From positions 1 through 64,000 of the forward strand of contig CAJVPI010000009.1 in assembly GCA_910592345.1 (NCBI GenBank): DNA of 64,000 bases. Direction: 5' to 3'. Shown here piece by piece: positions 36,311 to 48,491 of this stretch. The notes beneath the pieces were generated by a model. That model saw nothing but the letters and a program-made list of their open reading frames with translations. It had not been told where the DNA came from and searched no databases. The stretch comes from Paraglomus brasilianum (Eukaryota). Positions within the stretch are counted from its first letter, which is position 1. Each line of letters opens with the position of its first letter. The position numbers and the translations under genes were made by a program.

Positions 36311-38508
36311 GCCGTTTGTTAGTGTGTCCGGTCAAATAGTCAATATTCCAACGATAAAAGAAAGTAAAATTTCGATTTCGAAGGGAATCGTTTATTTGAT
36401 ATTTATTTCCGTAGAATAATGCTGTTATTGAACCAACAACATTAACAATATGAACAACATAAACAACGATCCGCTTATATATCTAGCGTTGCCCAAAATG
36501 CGAAAAAGGCAGCATCAAAAATTCTTTTAAAGAACCCATAAATCTAAGTTAGCTATTGGCGTTTGTTTTTTCTTCTGCATAATATTTCCAAAAACTCTCT
36601 TGCGTAACTTGTTTAAAGTTTGCAATTCCATATTTAACTTCTCTTGTTTTCATGTATAACAAAAGACTGTCAATACTAGACATAGACGTTTCTCTATCTT
36701 TAGTACGAGAGTTTATTGGAAGTTGATTCCAGCATCTTTGATATTAAGCAAGTGTATTATAAAAGAAGGGAGGCAATCATTTCGTCGACAATCATTCCGT
36801 CGACAAATCTTCACCAACATTATTTCGAAGTTATCCTTTTTTGGTAGTTAATTGTCGGTAAAATGTACTGTCGGTGAAATAATTGTCGATGACCCATAAA
36901 AGAACACAATGAGAGAAATGCTTTTGCAGATTGAAAGATTGAGACCATTGTTTAAACAAACTTCACTATATTATAATGAACCTCGTTATACAAATAAATT
37001 CGCCCAAATGAACGGTTTTATAATGCATGGTTTTATGAAAACTTCGTTCAACGTTATATAGCACTTAACTGGTTCCAGAAAAATACTTTGTTATAAGCCA
37101 TCTTCGTTCAAGTAAGAGTTTGTTAAAGTGAATTTCACTGTGTATTCCGCGTAAATTTGATTTATCAATATTCTTAGGGTGGGCACAGCCTACTGATATA
37201 CCATGCGGAAGTATTTTAAGGGTTTTGAGAAAGGTGTCGTAAGTACAATTGTTTATCATTCAAATCAAATGATAATCAGAAGGTTTTTATCATCATTTCC
37301 TTATTTTTCTTTCATGTCGCTCAGATATCGGAAAACAAACCCATTTACGTAAGATGAGATAATCCTAAAATAGAAACGACAGCGCTGTATAAATAAACAT
37401 ACAAACTCCCACTGTCAAGAAATTGTCCACATTTCAGCGTTTCGCTGATCATCAAGAGCACCACGTTTGATATTACCAGAAAAGGCTTGGGAGGAACAAA
37501 AAATGCGTATACGCGTTCTTATCTTCATACACTATGACAGACAAACTCGAGAACCAAACGCGTGAGCTTATAAAAACTTTCAACAAACTGTATGTTTTTT
37601 ATCTGAAGTAGTTATAAACTTGATATTGCGCTTGCTAATGAGTCTCGTAACGATTGCGGCTTTAATTATAGCGAAAAGTGCAACCAATTTCTCATGTTGC
37701 TAATGTGGAGAAGATGGGGAAATGTTATTATATGGACAGAAACTATTATAATTGACCATAGTACATATGTAATAACCCTTTTCTTACTTTGGAGGTTTGT
37801 ATTAAGATTCATAATCCAAAAGTTACGCACATCATTTATCCACAATACATCCTGACGTTCTACGTATTCATCATTCGTTGATAGACTCTCCTCATCACGA
37901 GAAGGCAGAACATTTTCAGGTCCTGATGAAATGGATTGGGTTAACGATGTAAACCTACGCGTACTTGTGGTAGTATACGAAAAATGTCAGAAGACAAACC
38001 GATCTCAATGACGATGCGGTGTTATTTGAAAGCATTGAGCGGTTCAGTAATGTCCTACTTTGAAATAAACCCAAGAAAGCAATTCCGAAGAAGCTGCAGA
38101 AAATTTTAACCTTGTAAGTAATTGAAGAATGAACGACAAAATAAACGATTGGATGTAATGTTTATCAATTTTTTAGATATCCGTAAAAGATCTCGGAAAG
38201 GCACTCTCTGGAGTCAATATTGACTACTGTACAATAATTTAGATCAGAATATTGCATCGTCTTTTTGGAAAATTGGTATGATTTCGTCGTGAAAGTCGGA
38301 AAGTAATTACTGATAGCTTCCAAGAGCAGGAAAGGGTGGTATAACAGCCACATCGTAGTCATGATCGAAATTATGGTAAGATGCAAGTTTTCAATTGATT
38401 TTTCAACCTGTGGATTGTCATGAGTCAATAGATGAATGTATTATTTGATGATACTTGTTAAGAATATGTTTTATGCTAAGAATTTATTCTGATTTAACTG
38501 CGCTTATT

Positions 38509-38880
38509 AATAAGAATTTGTCTGCTATTACTATAGAACTACTCAAAACTTCCTGATGGTATCCATGGTGTTGAGCTGGGAGTTGGTGAAAACTCTGGTC
38601 CGAAACAATGGATCATACCAATTTAGGGTTTATATATATATATAAGTGGTAAAGGCTGCCTGGACAAATTTCATGTCTTGTACAGCATAAGTATGGATCA
38701 AATTGACTTCCAGACATTCCAATAGAAAGACTCAAGTCTGTGTTTATTGTTGCATTCCAAATTGTGGGTTTGTGCATCCATTTGCACTTGTAGAGATAGG
38801 GTGTGTACATTTACCACACTCACTGGATACAATACATGATGCACTAGATGTGTGCAAGTTGATGCTTCTATTATCTAGAG
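38509..38880 (+). pseudogene. second decayed copy of the REase-like gene seen at 18392-18526
   Basis: ~130-bp near identity (cttcctgatggtatccatggtgttgagctgggagttggtgaaaa), continuing VVKAAWTNF...LKSVFIVAFQIVG...FALVEIGCVHLPHSLDTIHDALDVCKLMLLL. Confidence 0.55.
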
Positions 38881-40584
38881 GCAAAGGGAAAGTCTTGACA
38901 AAAACTTATCTCCATCAAAATCAAATATACATCTGGGGTGCCAAGGATGTTAGTTGTGGGAGTCAGAAAACACCAGATGTGATGTGAACAATACTAATAC
39001 CTGCATGCTGAGGATCAGAATATACATATTGGAACAACTGTTACAGATCATTCACTGCAGTGATGAAATCTTGTACCATAACCACCAATTCCCCATTTGG
39101 GTCCTCTCCCTAGTGACACTAATGTAAGTCACAGTTAATATTATATTATTATTATCTTTATTTTTAAGCAAATTTCTTAACAATATTATACTTGCATAGG
39201 GTTATGCTCATGCAAGGATCATTTGTGGGGTAGCAAATGCCCAAGGGGTCAAGCACTGGAACAAAAGTGCAAAACTTGGATGCTTGAACCATATGTTTGC
39301 TGTGTGTTTGGCATCAAACTTTTCCCTAAACAGACTGAGGATAAGGGAACAACCATTCACTGACAAAGGATGTGTGTACTGTAAGTTAAACTTTTGATTC
39401 TGCAAAAAATGTGAGACCCCAATTTATACCTCTGAATCCATTGCTGAATCCACCTCAGTTAAGAAGGCAACTTACATATATTGCTTACAATATATATATG
39501 AATGTCCTAATATTCCTGCATCCCCACTTTGGGAGAAATGGTGGTATGTGAAACAATTATAACCTATTTATATGACTAACATATCACCAAATAAAGAGTG
39601 CTAACACTAACTTGTTTCAAGCATTTCACTTACCATTTTATACTCTTTTTTCAAGCCCATACACTTGGTTGGACACCTTACAAAAACCATGACAAAGAGA
39701 AATAATTGCCGAGTTCGTAGAACCTTTCAGGTGTGTTTTTGCACGCGTTTTTTATTTAACTATTTAACTATTTAACTATTTAACTATTAATATAATTACA
39801 ATACTTAAAGCCTGGTGTAGAGAAAAATTGAAGAGAAAATTTCAATCCCTTGGTTGGACATTGAATATCCAATACTCGATGGTCTTAAGATTTGTTAGCC
39901 ATGATAGAGGCTCACTTCAAGCGCGACAATTACAAACAAATCCAAACCTATATTGGATGCCATATGGTGTAAGGCGAATGCATGTTATGGGAGGGATTCT
40001 CCGCTATTACTATTACATAGCCTTTATTAATTTTATAAATCCTTCTTAACTCTTTGTATATCAAAAATCTTTATATTGTGCACCATTCTATCCATTTCGG
40101 CAAAAATACATATTTGCGATATTAAAAACATGCGTCATTTAAAAATCAATCGAAAAGCATAATTCTTTATTATATTTTTCGTAAGAGACTAAAGACAATC
40201 AAAGATGGCGACATGCATCATCAGGGACTGCAGCAGTGAAAGGACTAACGGAAATGGCCTAAGTATTTTCCTGAACTATATTTGTTGCTTGACTCTTTAG
40301 AAAGTTACTCTCTATGTGAAAGACATTACAACCAGATTATCGTCAAAAAGGTCTTTTATTAAACAAATACCGTATTTTCGGGTAGTTTTTTTATTGTAAT
40401 AATAATAATAAAATAATCAATAGTAACTTATTTTCGGAACAGCTATCCATTCAGCACGTACAAAAAAAAAACTACGATCACATGCCAGACCTTTGACAAA
40501 TATTCACGTGATTATCACCATATAATAATTTTGCGCGTACTAATTGTGTAATCCCTTTTTCTCGATTTTACGTTCTTAAAGAAG

Positions 40585-41414
40585 ATGCCAAAAAAACAAG
40601 GAAAAAAACAAGGTACTATGAACTTTCACACGTCATACACATGCAAACTCGATAAGTCGGTTTCTCGATGGTTCAATTTTGGTCAAAGCTTCCCAAGCCC
40701 TTTTCTCAGTTTTAATATTTAAATCTCTCGATAAGTCGGTCCATCATGCATGACCGACTTATCGAGTTTGCATGTGTAATATATTAACTGACCTCTTTTG
40801 ACATTTTATTTGATTAAAATATAGTTAAACGCAAGGAAAACAAACCAATAAAAAAGGTAGCATGCATGAAGTGAAGAAGATGAAGTAAGTATTTTTCTCC
40901 AGTTGCGAAAGAAATCACGTATTTAATCAGTATTTAATCTAACCTTTTATTCTTTATAATACAGGAACATCGCCAGAAACTCATCAAATGTGCCGAGAGA
41001 TATGCTGAAGCTCGACAAATAGTTCTATCTATTCCGGGTACCTCAGTCATCGAAGATATCCAATATGCGATGTGTCTTATCAACGAGGAACGTAAGGCCA
41101 ATACCTGGCCAGATAAATTCAAGCAAAAATATGATTTATCACTTGCAGAATCTCCAATAAAGTAGGATCAATCGTCTTTTTGTTTTGTCTTTTTACTTTT
41201 ACTTTAATTTTGCATATTTACTAGGGAAGCTTTAGTTGCGGCCAGAATCCTGGAAGAATTTTCAGACTTAATAACAGTTTTACATCGAGATCTTAATTAC
41301 GATTGGTGCTGGGCCGTTAATCAAACTGGAATTCTTAATAAGGCTATAGGATATGATAATAATCTTGAAGAATGCGACTCTATGGAAGGTTTGTACACCA
41401 AAAAGTGTATTTGA
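40585..41414 (+). pseudogene. 4-exon hypothetical gene with one frameshift in exon 2 and a mini-MITE in intron 1
   Basis: MPKKQGKKQ|VKRKENKPIKKVAC[fs]SEEDE|EHRQKLIKCAERYAEARQIVLSIPG...WPDKFKQKYDLSLAESPIK|EALVAARILEEF...LNYDWCWAVNQ...; GT-AG boundaries in matching phases. Confidence 0.55.
40636..40778. mobile_element. 143-bp mini-MITE with perfect 26-bp inverted ends
   Basis: tacacatgcaaactcgataagtcggt ... accgacttatcgagtttgcatgtgta; internal ctcgataagtcggt copy at ~40727. Confidence 0.9.
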
Positions 41415-41468
41415 TGTTGAAACTGCTTGACAAGTCACTTCAATACTTAAATTCCTGATTTGAAGCTT

Positions 41469-41873
41469 AGACCTGATGTGAAATTAGCGGTTTAAACTGC
41501 CAGCTTTTAATAGTGTATGGTAAATGCTTGCGGGATTTTATCTAGATCTAAAGAACACTCATCCAGAAGTGTAAGAATACAGTCGCTGCTATTGGCACAA
41601 GATTGCCACCATCGGATATGTAATTCTTAATATACTGTTTAGTCTTATCTGTAATATCCTCAACTGTCATATTTTTCCAAACACGTCCAAGAACTCTCCA
41701 TTGCCGTCCATCAAAATAAAAGAATATTGAATGATCAACCAAATAGTCTTCTCCCTCTTTTACAACTAAAGTAAACGCGGTAGGCTTTTGCTACTTTGGC
41801 AACTTGTTCAAGCGTGCCTGTCAGACCAACCATATCTTTGTGAAAGTCTTTAAAATTTATATGCAAGTTAGTG
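41469..41873 (-). pseudogene. inverted, deleted copy of the SCO1 last intron end, last exon and 3' flank
   Basis: The reverse complement aligns to 43938-44514 with an 11-bp deletion, a +1 T and a ~160-bp internal deletion. Confidence 0.93.
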
Positions 41874-41969
41874 TTACGGTCGGATGGTCTTGGGTTTGGG
41901 AGAACAATTAATCTTTCGCGTAGGATGTTCTTCCGACCGGGGGTTATTACCAGATTAGCTGCCCTTATT

Positions 41970-42250
41970 ACGGTAGTTGTTCAATTGAGTCTGAATTCTA
42001 ACTTATTTATATAATTAAATTAAATGCGCTTCTCAACTCTTCAAATCACTCGTGATTCCAAATAAGGGTACCCACAATAAAATAACAACAATTATTCTAT
42101 TGCGGGAATAAATTCCATTCAATATTAAACAGGACTTGTCTCGAACTAATTAAACAATTTTCGTTTCAATAAATAATTATTGCTCTCGTTCCTCAATTAA
42201 GAGTAATAGATCAACGGACAACTTATACAGCTTAAATGAGCTTGAGTGAG
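41970..42250 (+). repeat. dispersed ~300-bp repeat, copy 2
   Basis: Matches 36013-36310. Confidence 0.85.
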
Positions 42251-42757
42251 CGTGCTAGCGCTAATAACAGGACTTTCCTCACTATCATCTATGTCGTCTA
42301 CATCCGTAATTGCTTGATCAGTATCCTTAAAGAGATATACAAGTTTGTCGGGAACTTTGTGAATAATATTCTCTTCAGCAACTATTTACGACAATTATTT
42401 ATTGTAATATTGTGGCATCTTCGCTTAATTTGGAAAATGTGATTTAAATTTTACTATTTTACTAAATATCTTATGTCAAATGTATTTACAGTTTTGTAAG
42501 CACGAGTATATTTACTAGTACTAATAAGTAAACTTGTACAATTATATCTGGGACTCAAAATCGCTTACATGGAGAATGTGCACTTATGGAGGAGGTGTCT
42601 CTGTATGTTAATCGTTTCATGCCAATCAATCACGTGAATATAGTGAAATCACATTTTAGATGGATATTACACGAATCACTTTTTTTTTCATAAAAAAATT
42701 TCAGATCGAAACCTAAATTTCGTTTATTACCCATTCGTTACTAGCCCATCTCTATAA

Positions 42758-44250
42758 ATGTGGAGAACAGTTGGTGAGAGATTCTATTTATCAACGGCTC
42801 AAGTGCATTTTCGATCTATATGATTTTTAACGTTTATTCTTTGCACGAGATAGGTCAAAGGAGTGCACGTGTGTTCCCCGTACGCCAGCCTCGAGTAAGT
42901 CATTTCTCTTCCCACACATCTTTTTCCATACGGCTGATCCTAACATAATGCTCCTCTATAGAATTACCAAATTATTTGTGGCAATTCCGTTCGACAGAGC
43001 AGAAATTTCTTGTTGCAAAACGAATTCAGGTTTTATACAACAGAACCAAAATCCGTAAAGTCGCAAACAAAAGCGAAGACTCGGTATGCAATAGGGGTAC
43101 GACAAACATTAGTAGCATCCCCTTCTCCTTCCCCCACCCCATTTGTGCTTTTCCCTTTTGATTGCAACACTAAAACGAGCCAATATTTGCAAAGATTATT
43201 GATTGTCTTCTCCATTGTTGAATTTAATTAGCCTTTCACATGGAAAAGTTTGATACTTTTTGTTGCGACTGGTGCTGGGTTGTTGTATCACTTCAGATTA
43301 GAGAAAGAACGAATGGAAAAACGTACGAATGGACATTGAGTGTCTTTAGGTTGACCTCTGTATGATTTTTGGATGATTTTTACAGATATTCATATCTGTA
43401 GACGTGAAAAAAAAAACAAAACGATCGTAAATGGTTTTATTGATTGTTGATGTATGCGTTTCTGCCTAATTCTTTTTGATCAGAAAAAGAAGAGCAAAAG
43501 AAACAACCAATAGGCAAACCAGATGTCGGCGGACCGTTCGAGTTACTTAATCAAGATGGAAAGCTCACGACTAACAACGATTTTCGCGGGAAATTCATGC
43601 TTGTATATTTTGGTTTTACGCATTGTCCCGATATCTGTCCCGAAGAGCTAGACAGGATGTCTGAAGTCATTGATCGGCTATGTAGGTATTTGGGGACTGC
43701 GTGTGGCAAAGTTCGCGTGTTACCAGTAAGATTGATTTTGTCTATGTCGTGGGCTAAGTCTACTCTAATACGCTTGTCCAGATAATGATAACGAAGTGGG
43801 TAAAGTAATAGTTCCCATTTTCATTTCTTGTGATCCTCAGCGTGATACCGTAGAAGCAGTACGCGAATATCTAAAAGGTAAGTTCATGTAACGAGCTTCT
43901 AATTCCCAACGCGATTATCTTCCACATGTCGTTCTATCACTAACTTGCATATAATTTTCAAAGACTTTCACAAAGATATGGTTGGTCTGACAGGCACGTT
44001 CGAACAAGTTGCCAAAGTAGCAAAAGCCTACCGCGTTTACTTTAGCCGGCCGCCTGATGTAAAAGAGGGAGAAGACTATTTGGTTGATCATTCAATATTC
44101 TTTTATTTGATGGACGGCAATGGAGAGTTCTTGGACGTGTTTGGAAAGAATATGACAGTTGAGGATATTACAGATAAGACTAAACAGTATATTAAGAATT
44201 ACATATCCGATGGTGGCAATCTTGTGCCATTAGAAAAGAAGACAAAATGA
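42758..44250 (+). CDS. SCO1: mitochondrial copper chaperone SCO1, 7 exons
   Basis: MWRTVGQRSAR presequence, TM PFTWKSLILFVATGAGLLYHF, YFGFTHCPDICPEELD (CxxxC), CDPQRD, YLVDHSIFFYLMD. Confidence 0.96.
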
Positions 44251-44986
44251 TTGGTGGTAAGGGAATACGATACGCTTTTCCTCAATACTTTGGCGAGTAG
44301 CCTATAGGATTGTTGTTAATTGGCGTGCCATTGAACTAATATTGTTCAGCCTGATCGCCCACAAAACGACTTAGCAAAACCGACCTAACATAGCAGCGGC
44401 ACTTCTGGATGAGTGTTCTTTAGATCTTAGATAAAATACCGCAAAGCATTTATCATAGGTTGGGAAACGCTATTAAAAGCTGGCAGTTTAAAACGTTAAT
44501 TTCACATCAGGTCTTGTCTGCTTTTTGCTCGAAGAGAGACACATATGCAGTATTGTTAAGTTATTAACAGATGCGACCGAATACCCTGTAACGGTCTGTA
44601 CATGACATGGAACTGCGAGAGACAAATATCACTGTAATTGCTATATTACGAAATATGGATGTATACGTGTCATATCTGGACTCTGTCGATGATTGTTAGA
44701 ATAAATCGTTCAAGTGATTATATACCACATGCTGCGATTGTCCGTCTCGGCTTTTAGCCTCAAAAACTGAATTAGTATTAGTTCTCTTAATCCGAAAGGA
44801 TATCGAATAGTAGATGAACAATAAATTGATCTGGCCAAGAAAATTAGCCATAATAATAAAAAAGTTAGTATTAAGGAGACGTCTATTTCTGGCCAATAGC
44901 ATACGATTTTAACCCAAGTCCGAGTTTGTACCAACTCTGTAACTCCCTTCTCTACTCGCAGCACACACTAGGACATAATATACGAA

Positions 44987-46157
44987 ATGAGCAGGCTCGA
45001 CAGTATTGATCGTTTCATAATGCATATTGATTAAAACGCGTGCATGCGGTTTATTGAGCTTCGTTTTTAATAAATGTCATTCTCTCCCGATTCAAGAGAG
45101 TTTATTTCAGCTTAAGGTGTGTACATGTAATGCCTATGAATATGTTTAATATACACCTGATTCATTAACATATATATAATGTTAGTTTACGGCAAAGGCG
45201 CTTAATCGTCAAGCTAAGAAAGCCACTAAAGATGAAGCTACCGAGAAAGCAAAACTTAAAAAAGTGTGTCTTCCATTCTACGTTGCAATTGTCTTTTCTT
45301 TTCTTTTCCATAAATTCCTTGAATACAAATCAGTATATTTGCAGGCTATACAACAAAGCGACGTGGAGAGTGCTCGTATATATGCGGCCAATGCCATTCG
45401 TAAGAAGAACGAAGCTTTGAATTTGACAAGGTTGTCTTCGAGGATCGATGCTGTTGCAAGTCGAGTGCAGACAGCAGTGACTATGCAAAAGGTCAGACGA
45501 TTTTCGATTATGATGACACTTTATTGTAGTATCCTGCATTAAATACCATTACGTGATCATCTTAGGTTACGGGATCGATGGCAAATGTGGTAAAAGGCAT
45601 GGACAAAGCAATGGAGTCTATGAATCTCGAGAAGGTATGCCGTTGACAAAGCCATTCCAACTGTTTCAGGAATATTTATTATAGTACGGTTATTACCCAC
45701 GCATTATTCTAATACGGATCCCTTATACCCTCTTTCTCCTCTTCTCATCAATAAACACAGATTTCGATGGTAATGGATAAATTTGAATCACAATTTGAAG
45801 ACCTCGACGTACAAACGCAATACATGGAAGGTGCTATGGGCAATACTACTACTATGTCGACACCTCAAGAAGATGTTGATCTCCTTATGCAGCAAGTTGC
45901 AGACGAGGCTGGGCTGGAGTTAAGTCATGCTCTGGGTGAAGCCGTCCCAAGTAGCATTCTTGGCTCTGCAGATAAGACCAGTGAAGAGGATAAAGATTTG
46001 ACAGAAAGGTCAGTTAATGCTAAAGAATGTGAGAAAGATTTGGAAGAACAGAGGCAAATAGTGAGAAGACGAGAGTAGTTGGTGGATCGAAATATATTTG
46101 ATAACCCAACCCATTATCTGTTCATATTGTAGATTGAAGGCATTAAGAAATCTTTAG
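44987..46157 (+). CDS. DID2: ESCRT-III subunit Did2/Vps46/CHMP1, 7 exons
   Basis: [24 protein letters not shown]...|[18 protein letters not shown]...[15 protein letters not shown]|...[14 protein letters not shown]...[12 protein letters not shown] (MIM1 motif). Confidence 0.95.
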
Positions 46158-47397
46158 CTTGGCTTTCCCTCCCGATGGATTTTTTTTTTCCTTTCATTTT
46201 ACTTAGAGGTTTGATTGTATTTATGACCTGAATTGAATACTTGGGAATAGAATTAGACGAATTCATGGTTTGTATGATTTAAAACATGGAAATTTCTAAT
46301 TGGCTATAATTTGAGACTGAAGTTATTGCAACCGGAACATCATTCCTAAACTGATAGTACATAGTTAAAAGCGAGGACGAGTGGAATACTACTAAAGTGT
46401 CTACAAGCTGTAAACTTTTTTGTAAATATTTCCATTACCTCGTGTAACAGTATAATGAGTTATCCGACTTTCTGCAATAAACCATACGATGTGAACGCGA
46501 AAGTTTTCTTACTACAATGCAATTATCGGGGACACTTGTAAGTCGCACAGTTTCAAAATTGTCAGTCTCACATTTTTATTTACACTAGTCAAACTACCAT
46601 AAACGCTTTGAATGCAGTTCTAGTTAACGTGTGTATTAGTATAGGAATATTGTCATTGAAACCAGTACAGAGCTTTTCCTGAGGTACACACCTAATAAAT
46701 ATGCTTCTATTAAAGCATTCCTGGAATGCAATGAGATAACATTACTTGTAAGCAAGCTACTGCGGTTGTTGATGTATTGTACAAAGGATCATGTACATGA
46801 ACGTCTTGTTGTCCTCACGGTTAACCTTGGCCCAAAATATTAATTGGCTGTTAACATGATAATAACGCTAAACATATTACAAGGAGTGGTGAAATTAATC
46901 AATCTTTTATCAAAGGACGCGTAAATTTAATAAATCATCTACTCTTCAATTAACAGTTATTTTCGGTTGTTGTTCTAATAATAGTTTTATGCTTCTGCGT
47001 CATACGTGCTAATCTATGCCAGCTTACGGAAGTTCGATTAACATTTAGCTGCGCTTTAGTTTCAGGCCAGAGGAAAAGAATGACATCTCCCAATAGTAAG
47101 GAATGTCAAGAGTTCGAGACTATGACATCACTTGGAATCTTTACGTTCACGTTGATTTGTTTATGATATGTTGAGCCACCTCGCCCTCGTGCTTGAAAGA
47201 CTATTTCGTGATTAACATCTATTTTTAATTTTTGTGAAATTCGTCGTGTTTCTAATAGGATCATAATAGAAATTCATGTGGATATTAGTATTGTTTATGT
47301 TCTTTCGGTGTAACGTTAACGTTATTAAGAAGCCGGGATCTGCGTCAGTGACCATCTCTCTCAACTCGTATACAACACGTCTCTAACGACATTCAAC

Positions 47398-48087
47398 ATG
47401 TCTAGCTCTAGTTTTGGTTCAGGAGGACCTAATTCTCAAAGTCAGCCCAAATTAGTGTTCTGCCATGGCTGTAAGAAGGATAAGCCGCAACATACATTCT
47501 CCAAAACTCAGTTGGCCAAGCACATGTCCAACTTTTCCAATCGTTAGTATCTGGGCATAAGACACTGAATATACGTCATCGTCGTTAGGCTAAATCGCTG
47601 ATATATCGAGTATAGACGCGATGCTGTGGAGATGATATTCTTGTGTTTGTGAAAGATGTATATTTCAGTGGATATGATACCGTTTTCTACACGACTTGAC
47701 CTGTTATTTTTTGCGTGTTTTTACTTCTCTTAGAGTACGCTCCGAAAGGAAGGACCACGAAAATACATCATACGATGTGTAAACAATGTACCCCACAACA
47801 GAATTTGAAGCTAACTTGTATGCTATGCACTCGAACCAAACCACTCGAAGATTTCGCCAAGGTAAAGCCAATGATCCATAGTAACTGATACAGGATATAG
47901 TAATTAATAAGCACTGTGTGCGTTGGTTGATGTGTGATCGTATTATTAATAGGCACAGCGGAAAAACGCGGAAAAAGCAAAATGTTTAAGCTGCATGAAG
48001 AAACGCGAAAAGCAAGATCTCACGGATAGTGAACCGGACGATGACTCTGAGGGAGAGTACAACGACACATGGGATGACATTCTTTAG
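47398..48087 (+). CDS. Stc1-domain tandem zinc-finger protein, 3 exons, 135 aa
   Basis: Exons 47398-47542, 47734-47861, 47953-48087: ...FCHGCKKDKPQHTFSKTQLAK...MCKQCTPQQNLKLTCMLCTRTKPLEDFAKAQRKNAEKAKCLSC...DSEPDDDSEGEYNDTWDDIL*. Four CxxC pairs, FSKxQ/FAKxQR motifs, acidic tail. Confidence 0.85.
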
Positions 48088-48491
48088 ATGCGTTAAACGA
48101 CGAGGTTCGTGACAAACATGACATTTTTATGAACTTTATTGTGAAAAGACGAACATATATTGATCTGTTCGTTGGTTGCTTCTGATTGTATTATTGTTGC
48201 CAGTTGTCTAGAATTCATCCATCGATTATAATCATTTGTAAACTCGTAATAAATGAGGAAGTGAATTTTATATTTATATAAAAATGCCATGTTTGTCTTC
48301 ATTGCCAATAAACAACCTCACCCAAGCTTTATTAAATTTGGTTAAATTATTAAACGATAATAATATGTTACCTTGTTACTGGTTCATGGAACCGGATAAT
48401 CAATTAGCTATTTCTTTAGTGTTAAAGAAGGAGCGAAATCATTCAGTCTCATACATAACAACGACATAATATCGACACATGTGAAATACGT

